A model generated the notes under the pieces. That model had not been told where the DNA came from, searched no databases, and worked only from the letters and a program-made list of their open reading frames with translations. Positions 1-13,705 of a DNA stretch of 64,000 nt are shown in pieces (the stretch's first letter is position 1; the number at the start of each line of letters is the position of its first letter). The position numbers and the translations under genes are program-made. Origin of the DNA: Chrysomallon squamiferum. Taxonomy: Eukaryota > Animalia > Mollusca. Location: NCBI GenBank assembly GCA_012295275.1, contig CM022665.1:4836001-4900000 (forward strand), written 5' to 3'.

Positions 1-259
1 AAATTGCCCTTATTTGATTCTGTTATCTCATTATCTATATCACTTAGTTTTTTCTTTCTTTATATAGCAGTTATTCAATTATGCTGCATTCACAAAATGT
101 CTGAAGAATTTCTGAGAAAGCCGAATCTTTTAAAAAGTAAGTGTGTTCGTGTTCGCTGATCTGGGACCATTTCTTGCACTTCTTCGACAGTTATTGTCAA
201 TAAATGTTTTTCTTCATACTGAAACTCATTTTATCTTCAATACTGAATCAATAATAATA

Positions 260-337
260 AGAAGAAGGAGGAGGAGGAGAAGGAGAAGAAGAAGAAGAAG
301 AAGAAGAAGAAGAAGAAGAAGAAGAAGAAGAAGAAGA
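260..337. repeat. (GAA/GAG)n microsatellite
   Basis: Seen directly. Confidence 0.95.
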
Positions 338-1577
338 AATAATGAATCAACAATAATAATAAGAAGAAAAATAATGATAACTGTGGTGGTGAAGAGAAGT
401 TATACAGCGCATGCAGTCTCTTCCAATCTTTCTTTCATTAATAATATCTTTAGACAAGATAATGCATATTGGATAAACTGTCGTGAATTACTAAAATTAT
501 TTATGTTGTTTAATTATCCTTTTCCTTTTTTTTTCTTTTTTTCTTTTTTTCTTTCTTTTCGATGTTAGGACGAGCATTTTATATTATGTGTGCGAATGTG
601 TGTGGTGACTGAATTTGTTTTCCCATTTCAGTTGTTTTCTTTCTTGTATATGTGTGTGCGTGTTTGTGTGTTTATGTGTGCGTGTTTGTGTGTGTTTTGT
701 GTGTGTGATTAAATGTATGTGTGTATGGTTGTTTGTGTGTGTGTGCGTGCGTACGTGCGTTGTGCCGACAGTCGAATGAAGTAACATCCTTACATTATTT
801 ATATTGGAGGACACAAAGTATAAACTTCGTAACCGATACAGATAATTCTGAAAACAAATATGTAAGAGGAAAACCGAATTAATGAGAATGAATTATTTAG
901 AGAAGACAGATTTGAATGACTTATTTTGAGATATTTTATTTTTAATTTTCTGTTTTTCTTTTTCTTGGTTATCTTCAGCGTCTTTCTTCTTCTTTTGCGC
1001 ATTGTTATTGTTATTATTGTTATTATTATTATTATTATTACTATACAATCGCATCTTCTCTATGGTTTTAAAAATTAGAAATATTCTAACCCAAAAAATA
1101 TGTATCTTTGCTTCTAAACAAGAGGTTTCTAGACATGATCCGCCTTGGGCTGCTCTAAAATTAGACCTAACGAGTAGTTAATAGCAAAAAGTTGTCGTCA
1201 GTTTTGTAGTCTTTTTGTAATTCTTCAAGCTTTTAAACCCACTCATCTTACATATGATTAAAGTAATTTGCGAAAATAAAAAATATCCAACTGCCTTAAA
1301 AATCATGTCTATAAGGCTTCTTTACTTTTTTCTTTCAGTGGGAATTCGATTGTTTGTTTGTTTGTTTGTTTGTTAATTTATTTATTACATACTTTGATAA
1401 TGGATACTTCTTAAAAAATATTGAACTTAAAAAATTTAATGCAAATGAAAACACGGGACGAGCATTCTTGTATAGTTTGTTTGTTTGTGTTGTTTTTAGT
1501 TTTTTGTTTTTCTTTCTTATCTATTTCTTCTTTATTTTTCCTTTGGTGGGGGGGGGCGATGAAAATATGCAGAAAAA

Positions 1578-1609
<32 letters not shown>

Positions 1610-3602
1610 ACTTTTGGTTTCACTGATGTTCTAATGGCACAGTTTGGAATAGTCAGACTTACTGTATTTCTTTGTTTGTTTTTATACTTTTGCGATCTGA
1701 TTTTTTGTTTTTAAATTGTTCTAAAAACAATTAGATTCAATTGTTCAGAACAAAATTAAAAATAAAGGCAACCAATTAGGATCAACATATCATGAAAACA
1801 GGATAAGAAAAATAATAAAGTACTTTATTCTAAGGACATATAAAAATACTTTTCTTCTGGAGGAATTAAAGAAAGATTAAAGTGGACGCAAGCACGGATG
1901 GGAACATAAGCCGCTGCACAAAGTTAAATCATATTCTTTTTGTCAAACTGTCAGATACGTGACACTAAAGACTTATTCTTACAACATCCTTTGAATACTG
2001 AAGAGAAATCCCCAACAGAAATACACAGGGAATGATTGAAGCTAACCAAAATTTACACACAAAAATTCAGGAAACGTTTTCATGATGTATCCCACAATTT
2101 AACGTTTTCGTGGGCCTTACGACCTTGAATGCGGTCAGACGGAATTGGTGAACTAGCTGTAGATAACGAGTAATTACGACAATCTTCTTTTTCCCCTTTA
2201 ATCACCATCTCCCTCAAAAATAAAAAAAATAAAAGAGATAAAACGAACGAAAAAAAAAAATCGGTTAGCAAAAATTAGCATTCAATCTTGAAATCATACG
2301 ATTTGTCATTAATTAGGAATTTCACTGGTGAGTTTTCTGATTATACGATTGTCAAGAATTCTGGGTTATCAGATTTCTCTATCTGCTTTGAATATATATA
2401 GAAAATAGATTACCCCATTTTCTTTCTTTAGTCCAGTACTTCAAACACTTCATTAACAGTATGTCATTCAGTTTAATCTTATACACACAGGCTGAACCTT
2501 GAACACAAATGGTCATCTTTTATCGTTTCCACTTCAATTTGTCATGTATTTTGTTTCACAGAATCTTAATATTGAGTTAGTTAGTTCAGTTTTATATAAA
2601 TTGGTATAAAAAGTAAAATTATCTGAAATTTCCAGTCGTTTCTCAAACCTTCTGTCTGCTGAAATCTTTAAGAATATTTGTTCCAGATCAAAGGCATTGA
2701 TAGACTGAAACGCAAGATCAAATGAAATTTGTATCTTCCCAGTGTGGTTCCTCCAACACTGTATACTCTGGTAGCTCTAACACCTTTTTTTATTTTGACA
2801 AGTGTAATGTGGACAGATTCAGATGGATCTTTTGACTTGTAATTCTTGTGTAGCCGCAACTGTATTTTCATCTGTGCGTTATTTAGTTAGTTTTATTTTA
2901 TATAAGAAGACTGAAACGAAAAAAAACCAAAACAAAAGCTCAAGTTTTGACCTTCGCGGTCTGTTTTTTTCTCAAACACAGTGTAAGCTACAATCTTTAA
3001 TAATGGTTCAGTTATATCAAACAGACACTCGAAGTCAAATGGATTATCTTTTGATCTAAGCAGATCTTGCTATCTTTCGACGTCTTTTGGTGTGTTTTGT
3101 TCTCTCCATCTTTTTAAACAGAAGTTGTCTTTTAGCGGTGTAATTTGTGTTAGACGCCTGTAAACAACTGAGAGATGAAAAGATTACAGTGCCATCGGAC
3201 GCTCGTTTCATTTCTTTTCTTTTTCTTTTTTTCTTTTTTCTTTTTTATCGGTCAGAACTGGGATGTTCTGATAACTTATCCATGAACCGACGTCTTTCCA
3301 GAGCTGGTGGATAGAACACGAAACTGATACTGTTTTCAACAAACATCTCCGGCTTCGCATTTGTTTCCCAAACATCTCGGGCTTAGCGGGGTGTTTCCCT
3401 AACGACCCTTGTTTCACACCAAAATTGTGACCTTGAATGAATAAAAAAAAAAAAAAAAAAATTGTTTATTTGATTATAACGGCTGTTACTTTGTCTTTTA
3501 CAGAAAACAGCATGATGACAGCAATTCATATATGTTAAAATTTTGTCAAGGATTCAAATAATTTAATCTGAAAGCGTCAGCGTAATTTTATTAATCTGTC
3601 TA

Positions 3603-3644
<42 letters not shown>

Positions 3645-3995
3645 GTATATGTATATATTTATCTACTAATTTAGGTATTGTTTTATAAAGACTGACTGTG
3701 AAACAGATACATATATAAATATTTTTTTTGTTTTAGAAACTAATAAACACTTTGTATGAAATGCACGTAAGCTGAGTGCTGCAGTATTTGTAACCACTTA
3801 GTCACTGATTTGTTATTACAGTTTTATGGTTATGGTTAAATTAGGTTTTTTCAATATACTTTGGAATAAAAGATTAACGGAAAGATAAATTAATTCAGTA
3901 ATAAATTAAAAATTAAATAATGAACTGTTTAGCAGACAGTTCGCTCATCTTTATGTTACCATCGTTATCGTGATTATCAGTATGATAATCTTCAT

Positions 3996-4035
<40 letters not shown>

Positions 4036-6030
4036 TTGGCTGGAAGTGGAGTATGTGGATTTATTTCAAAATAGAAATATTTTAATTCTGCACTTGTTAT
4101 AGTTATGTAATTATTACCGTTTATACTGTTGCTATTGCTGCTGTATATCTGTGCATTTATTTGTCTGTCTGACTGTTCATCTGGCTTTGTCTCTCTGTGT
4201 GTCTGTTTTTGGTATCTGTCTCTCTCCGACTTTTATCTATGTATCTCTCTGTCGTTATACTTTGCTGTTGTTTTTCGTTAAGTTTTTTTTCTTTTTATAT
4301 TAATTGCATTTTACTTTGTCTTATTTTTAGTCACATATAAACAAACAAAAAACAAAACAAACAAAAAAAAAAGGGAAAAAAAAGCTAAGAAAGAACATGA
4401 AGTAAGAAAAAAAAAAAAAAAAAAAGAAGAAAGAAACGATATGTCCTAGTTTGTTAGAATATAAATTATCTTCCACATCTGTGATCATTTCTGAAAGAAC
4501 CTTTAAATAAACGTTTGTGGGTTTCTGCCCAATTTGTATGAACCGATAAAGCTAGCTGATTATCAGGAATCGAGTGATCACAGTGCCAAGAACGTAAAAA
4601 TAGCGCTGACTTCTTTGACGTCTTTGAACAGCGGGGTTTGACAACTGATTGGCTAGTAAAACAAAACGCCATAAGTGGGCAGATTTCCTTTTATTTCAGA
4701 ACTTTTAAAAATTATTATTATTATTATCATTATTATTATTATTATGTCTCTTCAGTTTTTTAGGTTCCTGCAGTAAAATTTCATTATTATTATTATTATT
4801 ACCATTTATTTTGTAATTAATAATAAAACATAATTCTTTCATACAGTTCTTTTCTTTCTTTTTTTTAAATTTTTATAATTTATTTATATTTTAGTTTATT
4901 TTTATTTATTTATTTATTAATCTTTTTATTTTATTATTATTTTTTTTTTTTTTTTTTTTTTTTATTTGTTTAATTATTACTGAACGTTGACAACAAACTG
5001 CTCATTTAAAGCAAGTAAAATGGAAAAGAAATTCATTTGATCAAACTGTTTTGATCAAAATCACTTTTTTAACTTACTGAAGATAACGATCATCATTTTC
5101 ATGTCACATTAATTAAAGCTTCTGATCATCTATAGATCTCTTTCCTAAAATTATTTAAGTGGTATCTTTGAAAAAAAAAAAAAGATATTAAAAAAAAATT
5201 ATTAAAAATTTAGAAGAAATTACGGTTTTATTTGTAAGATTTCTATCCGGCCATTCTCTGCTCTATTTTCTAATTTCTCGAATTTGTTGACAGTTTCCCA
5301 AACGTCTGTCCTAATATTTATAAAATATTCATTCTTTTAGAACTTATCGGTTTGCACCTTAGCTCAGACATCAAAGCATACAACACGGTATTTGATAAGC
5401 GAACTGAGAAGGTTTGCATGGAAAGAAAAAGAGTTCACTGGACACATTAATGATGATACCACCATCACACTTCGAGATCTGAACTCTACCCGAACCGCAG
5501 AGAATACAAAAAATATTCAAAGAATTTTGGAATAAGTATAATCTCGTTACTGACATTCGCTGCGTTTACGCTACACAAATAAACTGCATTTCTTGTAGCT
5601 ATTGTTGTTTGGGGATTGTTTGTTTTATGTTTGTTACCTTTTCACCTTTTTTTTTTTTTTTTCAGTGCTGATTATATTAATTTCTTTAGAATGTCCAAAT
5701 TTCAATTCATTTCTGTCGACAGTATTTATGGACGTCGTTGTAATTTCATTTGCAACAAAATAGATTATTTTACGGAAGGTTAATGAGAGATAATAATTAT
5801 TTTCCAGTAATAATAAACTTCTGTCAATAGTGGTGTGTATAATCTGTATTTTTCTTTTGTTACTTTATTAACACTGAACTCGTATTAACTCTAACCAGAA
5901 TGTATTAATCATTATCTGTTGTATTCAGTTCTCGAGCTACATTGTTGTCCGTTTCTTAAACCATGCACTGTAAGACTATCATGCTTATCTAAGTTATAGG
6001 TAATAAATAATTAAAAAAAAAAAAAAAAAA

Positions 6031-6082
<52 letters not shown>

Positions 6083-6269
6083 AAAGAAAATAATTAAATA
6101 AAGCAACACGCTGCTGCATATTTTCTCTAAATAACACTGTTTCTTTATTTGATGTAAAGCCAAGGATTCCGGGACTGTTTCTCGTTAACAACTGACAGTA
6201 GACTTCATGTCCCGTTTGTTCCTTTGAAAGTGTCTTAAACAATAAAAATAAAATAAAAATATATGCATA

Positions 6270-6640
6270 AAGGAATCAAGAACAATTCCTCACTGGACAA
6301 ATAACCCGCTTGGACAGTTCCCCACTCAGTAATGGCAGTTTTTGATGATTCGCCATTCTTAATTTTTTATAAGTGGTTTTTTTTTTACATGTTTATCGGA
6401 GTATTATTTCTTTGACTGCACTTGAGAGGATGACTGTGTAATTGAACTTGACTGCTCTTGGGAGGATGATCCACTGTGTAAGATTTAAGTAAATCAAGCA
6501 GTTTTTTTTTTTGTGTGTGTGTGTCAATACTAATGAAATTATTGTTTGTTAAAGTTTAATTTAAAAAAATACTAATTCTGTTCAATACACATGTGTGCAG
6601 TGGAGAAATGTCGAAGTGGGGAAACTGTCCGTTTACCGTA
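6270..6640. mobile_element. Possible decayed foldback/MITE remnant
   Basis: Three ~15-bp units at left (gaacaattcctcact, ggacaaataacccgct, ggacagttccccact) mirrored at right by gtggagaaatgtc and gtggggaaactgtcc. Confidence 0.35.
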
Positions 6641-7410
6641 TAATCTGTCATCATCAGAGCTTGGAAGAGTACGTATGGCAATTAAAGGCAAGCAGTACAG
6701 AAAGAATCATCAAGCTTTCCTCTGTTTCATGCAGCCACCAACTAACCAAGTAACAACACAATGAACACGAAACAGAGACTCCGTCCTTCGTGTGACGGAA
6801 CACAGGATCGATTCCTTTGAAAGCACTCTATTGAGTTACTTCACCCTGCAGACTCTTCTCTGTGACTCTTATCGAAGACTATGTTTTTAAAACGCGAAAT
6901 AAAATCAGCTAACGAGAAATAAACAGAGAGAGTATCAGAATAATCGATGTCAAATTGTATGTAATTAAATAATATCGAAATCAAATGATACGTAATTAAA
7001 TAATATATTCTAGAGCGTGCCGCTGAGTAAAAGACATTATTACCGTCATCAGTGCTTCGGTCCTATGTGAACTTATGTAAGACATCGACCAGGCACCGGT
7101 GAGTGTATCCATAACAGAGTGTTATTTTATTAGCTGTCTGCAAAACACCGAAATTATCGTCTAGTTTTTCACGTACGAATTATTCAGAGGCCCAATTTAC
7201 ACGGTGTTTTAGAAATATGTAACATTAATACAAGACTGTCTGGTCATGTCACGCCGGTATTATAAGATTACTTCACAGTCTTGTTAGCTGAGTTCTTGCG
7301 ATCACAAGAGATTTTCGAGGATGTATACAGCTGTTTTCAATTATGGATACACAAATAGGTCAATTAAACGGCATATGTTCCTTTGATCTCAAGCATAAAT
7401 GTAAATGTGT

Positions 7411-7414
<4 letters not shown>

Positions 7415-7480
<66 letters not shown>
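7415..7480. repeat. (AG)n microsatellite
   Basis: Seen directly. Confidence 0.95.
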
Positions 7481-7487
<7 letters not shown>

Positions 7488-7814
7488 TAAAGAGATATAT
7501 ACAATAGAGAGACTGATATTTTTTTTTAAATAATTATTTACCAATTTACGAATCATCTAAAGTCATCAATTAATCTTAATTCGATGCTGAAATTTAAAAT
7601 TATTTCTACTTTATGAAGAAATTAAGTAGGAAGAAGTGAGCAGTCTAACTTACTAATATATATTATATTATCGAACTTAAAATAAAACAGATGCAAAAAT
7701 ACAGTTGAAAATAGGTTTATGTGAACCTGGTGTTTTGATTTAAGAGTGATTTTTATTTAGTGTGAATAAAATAACAGCAAATGTTAATTATAATTTCTAT
7801 TTGTCACTTCTAAA

Positions 7815-7867
7815 AAATTTTGTTATAACATAATGTTATAACAAATTTTGTTATAACATAATGTTAT
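7815..7867. repeat. 28-bp tandem repeat x~2 with internal palindrome (TTTGTTATAACAT-A-ATGTTATAACAAA)
   Basis: Seen directly. Confidence 0.8.
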
Positions 7868-8684
7868 TTGTTGTTATATAGAATGTTTGTTACTTTGATT
7901 TCTTTTCATACGTCAAAACAAACGCTGAGATATTAAATAGCTACAATAAACATACGTTTTTAGTTTTAATTTAGCAACAGCGAAACAAATCGACAGAATT
8001 CTCGTTATCATGGCTCTAATTCATTTCATAATGGCTGATTCAGAATATGGATAGTGTATCACAAGATATAAGTGTTTTTATTCAGTGTAGAGATAATAAT
8101 CTAATGAATAACTGTTCCATTCAGTATATGGCCGACTGATCCACTGTATCAGATTTGTATCGAGGGTATGAATGTTTGATTTAATACATGAATGTTTATC
8201 ACGGAATATTTTTAACACAATTATTATTGAAAATTCCTATCTTCTTTTCTTCACCTCTGTTATATATTACTTGAGAAAGGCTATATTTGGTTAAATTAAA
8301 CTCGAGAACTGTTACAACTCTTTTATCTTCTTATACTATCAGATTAACAAATACATTAGTGTAGTAAATGAAACCGAAAAAATAGTTGTTATTAATCTAT
8401 TTTTATTTCTATTATTTGTTTGTCCTCTCATTGTCGTATAATATTACATTTATATATCAGGAAGTGGGTGGGTGATAAATCAAATAATGATAGTTACTCG
8501 TTTTGGTTTGTTTGTTTGTTTTGTTTTTTTTTTTGTTTAAAGATACTTTTAATCTACTTCTCTTTACAGACAGTCTTCTGTCTGCTGCTGTGACGTCTTC
8601 AGCGGGATTCTGGCGGGAGATTGAATCTTCGTCTCCTTCAATGATCGCTAATTCAGCAGGCTTCAATTTCTCTCAGATAATACT

Positions 8685-9845
8685 ATGTCAGGAATGGGCG
8701 TTTTCGGAGAAAGCACCGGTTTGCAAATGACGCCGACTGCAGCTATTCACGAATTCAATGAAACGGACTTAGGATTAGGAAATAAAACGTTCAACATTTC
8801 GCGGAGTCCGTTCTTCCCCAGGGTCATGGACCCTCTGTCGCGGGGGTTAATGACGTACAAATATTATGCCTACCCAGTGCTACTGACAGTCGGATCAATT
8901 GGAAATATGCTGGCTTATTATATTTTCACAAGAACTCGACTGAAAAAGGTGTCATCTGTTCATTATTTAGCTGCTGCTGCCCTTATGGATACAGGATTCC
9001 TGTGGACCTTTTTTCTGACTCCACTGTATATTTCATACGGAGTACCCATTATTATTCAGGACGGAGTCTGTCAGTTTATGACGTTTCTCAATTTCATATT
9101 TACTTTTCTTTCAATCTGGTATCTGGTTGCAATGATTGTGGAGAAATTCATAGGCATTTACTGGCCGCTTAAAAAGACGACTATGTGCACACCTTTCCGA
9201 GCGAAAGTTGTCTTGGTTTTCATGGGCATCATGGCAGTGGTTTGCTATTCTTACGTAGTGTATTTCTTTGGTCCCACTGGAAAAACTCTTATCTGGTGTC
9301 ATCCATGGCCGGAGCTCAAAGAACGTTTCGAAAACCTAAACAGAATTGATTCCGTCGTAGTGGGCATTCTTCCATATGCAATCATCGTACTCCTTACGTC
9401 ATTGATTCTAATTCGAGGCTGTGAGTATTACCGGATATCCGCTGCTGTGGAACTGTGGCCAAGGCAGGATTCGACCCAGAGTTCCATGAGTGATACCAAT
9501 CTCGTGTTTCCGGTTTTAATTCTGACGCTTTTGGCGAACATACCCATAAATGTTATGAGATGTGCCATGGCTTTAAACGGAATGCAAATTAGACCGTCAT
9601 TACAAAAATGGAGTAGTCTGTTTTTCGAACTTTACATTTTCAATTTTGCTATCAAACTTTTTGTTTATCTCGTCTTTTCGGGAAACTTTCGTCGTCGGGC
9701 ATGGCACTTTCTCCGTACAGCAGGCGAAAAACTCAGACACAAATGTGACCGTGAATCTTCGTCCAGTTCTGAACCGCATGATATCAACCTGGAAGCCATC
9801 ACGAGGGATCATAATGCACGTGCCTGTCTCATGCAAACACAGTGA
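8685..9845 (+). CDS. Class A (rhodopsin-like) GPCR, intronless CDS, 386 aa; resembles invertebrate orphan peptide-receptor (FMRFamide/sex-peptide receptor-like) expansions
   Basis: Seven hydrophobic segments; N-terminal sequons NET/NKT/NIS; TM1 GSIGN, TM2 YLAAAALMD, TM3 Cys (GVCQF) and VEKFIGIYWP, ECL2 Cys (IWCHP), TM5 ILPY, TM6 ANIP, TM7 NFAIKLFVY, helix 8 SGNFRR. Likely acceptor tctctttacag ends at 8569, so a non-coding upstream exon is probable. Subfamily assignment is inference. Confidence 0.93.
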   Translation: MSGMGVFGESTGLQMTPTAAIHEFNETDLGLGNKTFNISRSPFFPRVMDPLSRGLMTYKYYAYPVLLTVGSIGNMLAYYIFTRTRLKKVSSVHYLAAAALMDTGFLWTFFLTPLYISYGVPIIIQDGVCQFMTFLNFIFTFLSIWYLVAMIVEKFIGIYWPLKKTTMCTPFRAKVVLVFMGIMAVVCYSYVVYFFGPTGKTLIWCHPWPELKERFENLNRIDSVVVGILPYAIIVLLTSLILIRGCEYYRISAAVELWPRQDSTQSSMSDTNLVFPVLILTLLANIPINVMRCAMALNGMQIRPSLQKWSSLFFELYIFNFAIKLFVYLVFSGNFRRRAWHFLRTAGEKLRHKCDRESSSSSEPHDINLEAITRDHNARACLMQTQ

Positions 9846-9867
9846 AACATATAGTTTATGTTACTAG

Positions 9868-9962
9868 GTTAATAACATGTTATTATGTTAATAACATGTT
9901 GTTATGTAAATAACATGTTGTTATGTTAATGACATGTTGTTATGTTAATAACATGTTATTAT
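9868..9962. repeat. 19-bp minisatellite x5 (GTTAATAACATGTTRTTAT) in the GPCR 3' UTR
   Basis: Five consecutive units starting about 22 nt after the stop codon. Confidence 0.9.
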
Positions 9963-12357
9963 GGTTAAGCATATCTGCTATGTTTGTATTAAAACACTAA
10001 CAGTTTTATTTTTCTTTTTTTCTTTCTTCGCTTCTAAAAGATTTAAATCACTCATATTCTTCACAGAAACATGGAAGAAAAAATTCTACTTATGTAAAAG
10101 AAATATAGAAAATCTTTCCATATATTTGATCTTTCTTTATTTTGGTTTGATGCTGGTGCATGTGGCTGTGTGTGTGCATGTACTTTGTTGTTGTTGTTGT
10201 TGTTGTTTATTTGTTTTATTAATATCAGTTAATATGCCATTCATATGAGAAAAGAGATGGACGCGTGTCCAGTCAGAAAAAAAACAGAGACAAACACGTA
10301 CCAGTCCTCACAGTTAAAGACAGTTATTTTTAAGTGCGTATGGAAAAGTTGTTTTAACATTAATGCATTTAAGGTGTAATATAACAGCATGAATCAAAAC
10401 AACCATATCACGCTTGTAAATATTTTTGAAATCCTTTTCTCTCTGTATCAAATTTATAACAATTGTTAGCAAAACGATACAGCAATATCGAAATCCACGT
10501 GAATAATTTTCAAAATTTATGACCAAAATTATGTTTCCTGGAATCAATGTCAACTAATATCAAATTTATATCTTAAAACCTGGTAAAGTGAAATTCAGAC
10601 ACTGAGTGCTGAGTTATAGCTAAAATAAAATCCAAATTCTGTGTTCTGAAATGTTCCAACTAAAATTCAAATTATATATATTTATATAAATGACTGTCAG
10701 TTCCAATTTAAATATGGTCGTGCGTTACTAAGCTAGCTGTAAGTTAGTACCTAAAACGTCTGGTACGTAATTAACTTGACCTTGGTATCGATATATAATA
10801 CTAATCCTCTTCGAACATACTCCACAAACATGGAGCAGGGAGTTAAGTGTTACAAGACGCCTCATTAGTTTACTGTAGAAACACGTCAGACTCGAGATGG
10901 GCACGGTTAGACAGACTGATCCGGAGGTCAGGTTGTTTTTCGGTTAGTGACGATATTTTAATATTATCCTAGAGCGAAAAGGAAAACAAGATTGCCAATT
11001 ATTGACTGGTTTTAATAATGATCTTTTCTAAATCCTGCGAGATACATGGTTCCCTCTTCCCATACACTAACGCATTACGAGTAGTTAATGTTCATTTAGT
11101 ACAGAACACGTTTAACTAAGATTTGAGATTTTCTACGTATTGTCAAATGAACTGAAGAAAACTCAGACTCCATAAGGTCTCAGATTGTTTCTTTCTCTCG
11201 CAGCGCACTAACTTTGCAGTCATGGTATTAAACTAACAGCTAAATAATGATTTCGTCAGTGACGATTGTCATAGTGAGGGTAATAACCCTCCGGCTTACT
11301 AACTGAAAGACAGTTGCTCCAGTAAGCGTAACGCTGCTAAAATAATGGTGTAATGACGCAGTGGCTAACGACTTAGATGTAGTGAATTTTAATGGAACGA
11401 TTAATATTGGCATTGTTGTTGTTTGTTGTTTTTAAAGTACGTATAAATTCAGCTCGTGATACGCTGAAAATTGGTTCAGATACAACCTGTCCATGTGTAA
11501 TTAATTAATATATTTGATATAAGCTTATAACTGTAGACTTACTGCTTAGAATTTCAACGTATCCTTGAAAATAATTTGTTGATGTAAATATTTATCAGCT
11601 AGTAATGAATAAATGAACACATCTTAAACTGCGTGAACACAATTTATTCTCGCATTTGTTTACTTTGTTTGAATGACATTTCACCTCGTTCATTCTTAAA
11701 AAGACACGGCAAATTACTGCGTTCGCAGTTTAAGTTGCTAGACTTTTTAAGCCGTAGGGCCAACGTCTTTACTTTTCAATTTGCATCACCAATCTAAATT
11801 CGCTTCAGAATCCTCGGTCTCGAAAAGGAACACGGATTAACCGTGTACAACAGTTCTTTAGAGACACGGTTAGAACCGCCAGGATGTAAGTACTATCATG
11901 AATGTTTTATTTTTACAAGGTCGTTAAAGGCGTGTAGACAAAGTTCGTGCAATTTGTGTAAATGTGACGCCAGCTGCATTGAAATAATCCCCAGCATTAC
12001 GGTATAATGATATCTTTTATCGACCCAGCAGAGACAGGACTTTACGTTCCAAGAGTCTTTTATTGCCCGTCGAAATTAATAATAACGTAACACATTGCAG
12101 GAAGTTTCGTAATCCGCGATATTACACAACAGAGCAAAACCGGGACACGAAGATTAGGATAATAAAAATAGAACCTTTTATTTGTAAAAAAAAGCCAGCG
12201 TCCTCCGAATCAGCGGATTTTGTCCTTTTTTACTGTTGTCCTTCATGTCAGAAGATCATATTTGCAACTTAAATCCTGCATTTTACAAATTACATGTTAA
12301 AATCTGAGAATCTATTTTTTCAAGAATTATCTTCAATTTCAGAATAAATATCGATTA

Positions 12358-12402
<45 letters not shown>

Positions 12403-12933
12403 GTCATTGTTCCAGGTTAAAGATTTGAAATTATATTTGTATTCTAGGAAACATCGTTAAGTGCAACCAGAGCTACGGTAACGTATATCGGTGGCTTTCA
12501 CAATGATATCTCATTAATTAACAAGAGAAGTGTGTCGAATGAAAAACACATTAAGCCTGCCTGTCTCTAATGTGACAGCCTATGATATCTGCTTATGATT
12601 GAAAACATTTAATTTCCGTTCCAACATACAATACTGATGGATTTCTTCAATATATCTCACTTTGTCATAATATACTATCAATTACCTAATGTTTTCCGCA
12701 CCGCGTGACCTATTTTTGTTTTATTTTGCGATTAATGGCCTTATCGCTTTAACCCTCTCCATACAAGAGAACAGATAAAGCAAAATACCTCTAAGATAAA
12801 GTAAGAATCTTGCAATGTGAACAGGTTACGAGTATCAATGCACATAATGTATCCAGAATTTAGTCGTTTTCAATAATCCTTACTTCTGTAATAAATACAT
12901 TGTTTTCCTATACAAAAATTGCATATAGGCTAC

Positions 12934-12934
<1 letters not shown>

Positions 12935-13021
<87 letters not shown>

Positions 13022-13033
13022 ATCTCTCTCTCT
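12935..13033. repeat. (CT)n microsatellite
   Basis: Seen directly. Confidence 0.95.
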
Positions 13034-13670
13034 CTTTCTTTATCTCTCTCTCTCACATACACACACACAAACATGCACGCGCATATATACACGTTTTGTA
13101 GTGATCAATGAAATATGTCGACATATAGCAAGACATTTGTCCACGAGTTTTTATTACTGAATTTAGATACAAAAAGTGCGAATTATACGACACAAGTAAT
13201 ACTTTTTCTCTGTGTGTATATACAGATAGATAGATAGTTAGATAGACATATATAGATATAGATATACACACACATTTACACTGACCGACATTAGTTATAA
13301 ATGAATGAACGGCTACAACCGAGGAGGTTAGATATAACAATGAAACGCTTGGCAGCAAATATTTCATTAAAAAATATATTTCCTCTGAAAGCCTATCCAA
13401 GCCTTATTAATGAAGTCATCTTTCTTTGATAAAGGTTAATTTAAAGACACAACAAAAATATAAAATTCTCGTGTAAAAGGATGTCTGAGAAGCTCCATCA
13501 GAACAGACATCTGAAAGTAAAAACTCCATCTTAAAATGTAACAAGATGATACATATTTTTAATCAAAGCAGACAGCAAACAATGTGTGCGAGAAATATTT
13601 GATTCTGTATGACGTCTGAATCCGTAATAATTTGGTCTGTCACGATTTTGAGTTTTGGTTTTTCTTTTTT

Positions 13671-13705
<35 letters not shown>

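Noticed and set aside
143-568. 141-aa ORF with poly-Arg, and similar poly-ER/LS/I/L/F/Y ORFs throughout the track
   Set aside because: Translations of (GAA)n, (AG)n, (ATT)n and poly-T microsatellites; no splice or homology support
9111-9867. Antisense and alternative-frame ORFs over the GPCR, and similar ones over TRPA1 and MTRES1 exons
   Set aside because: Shadows of real coding sequence
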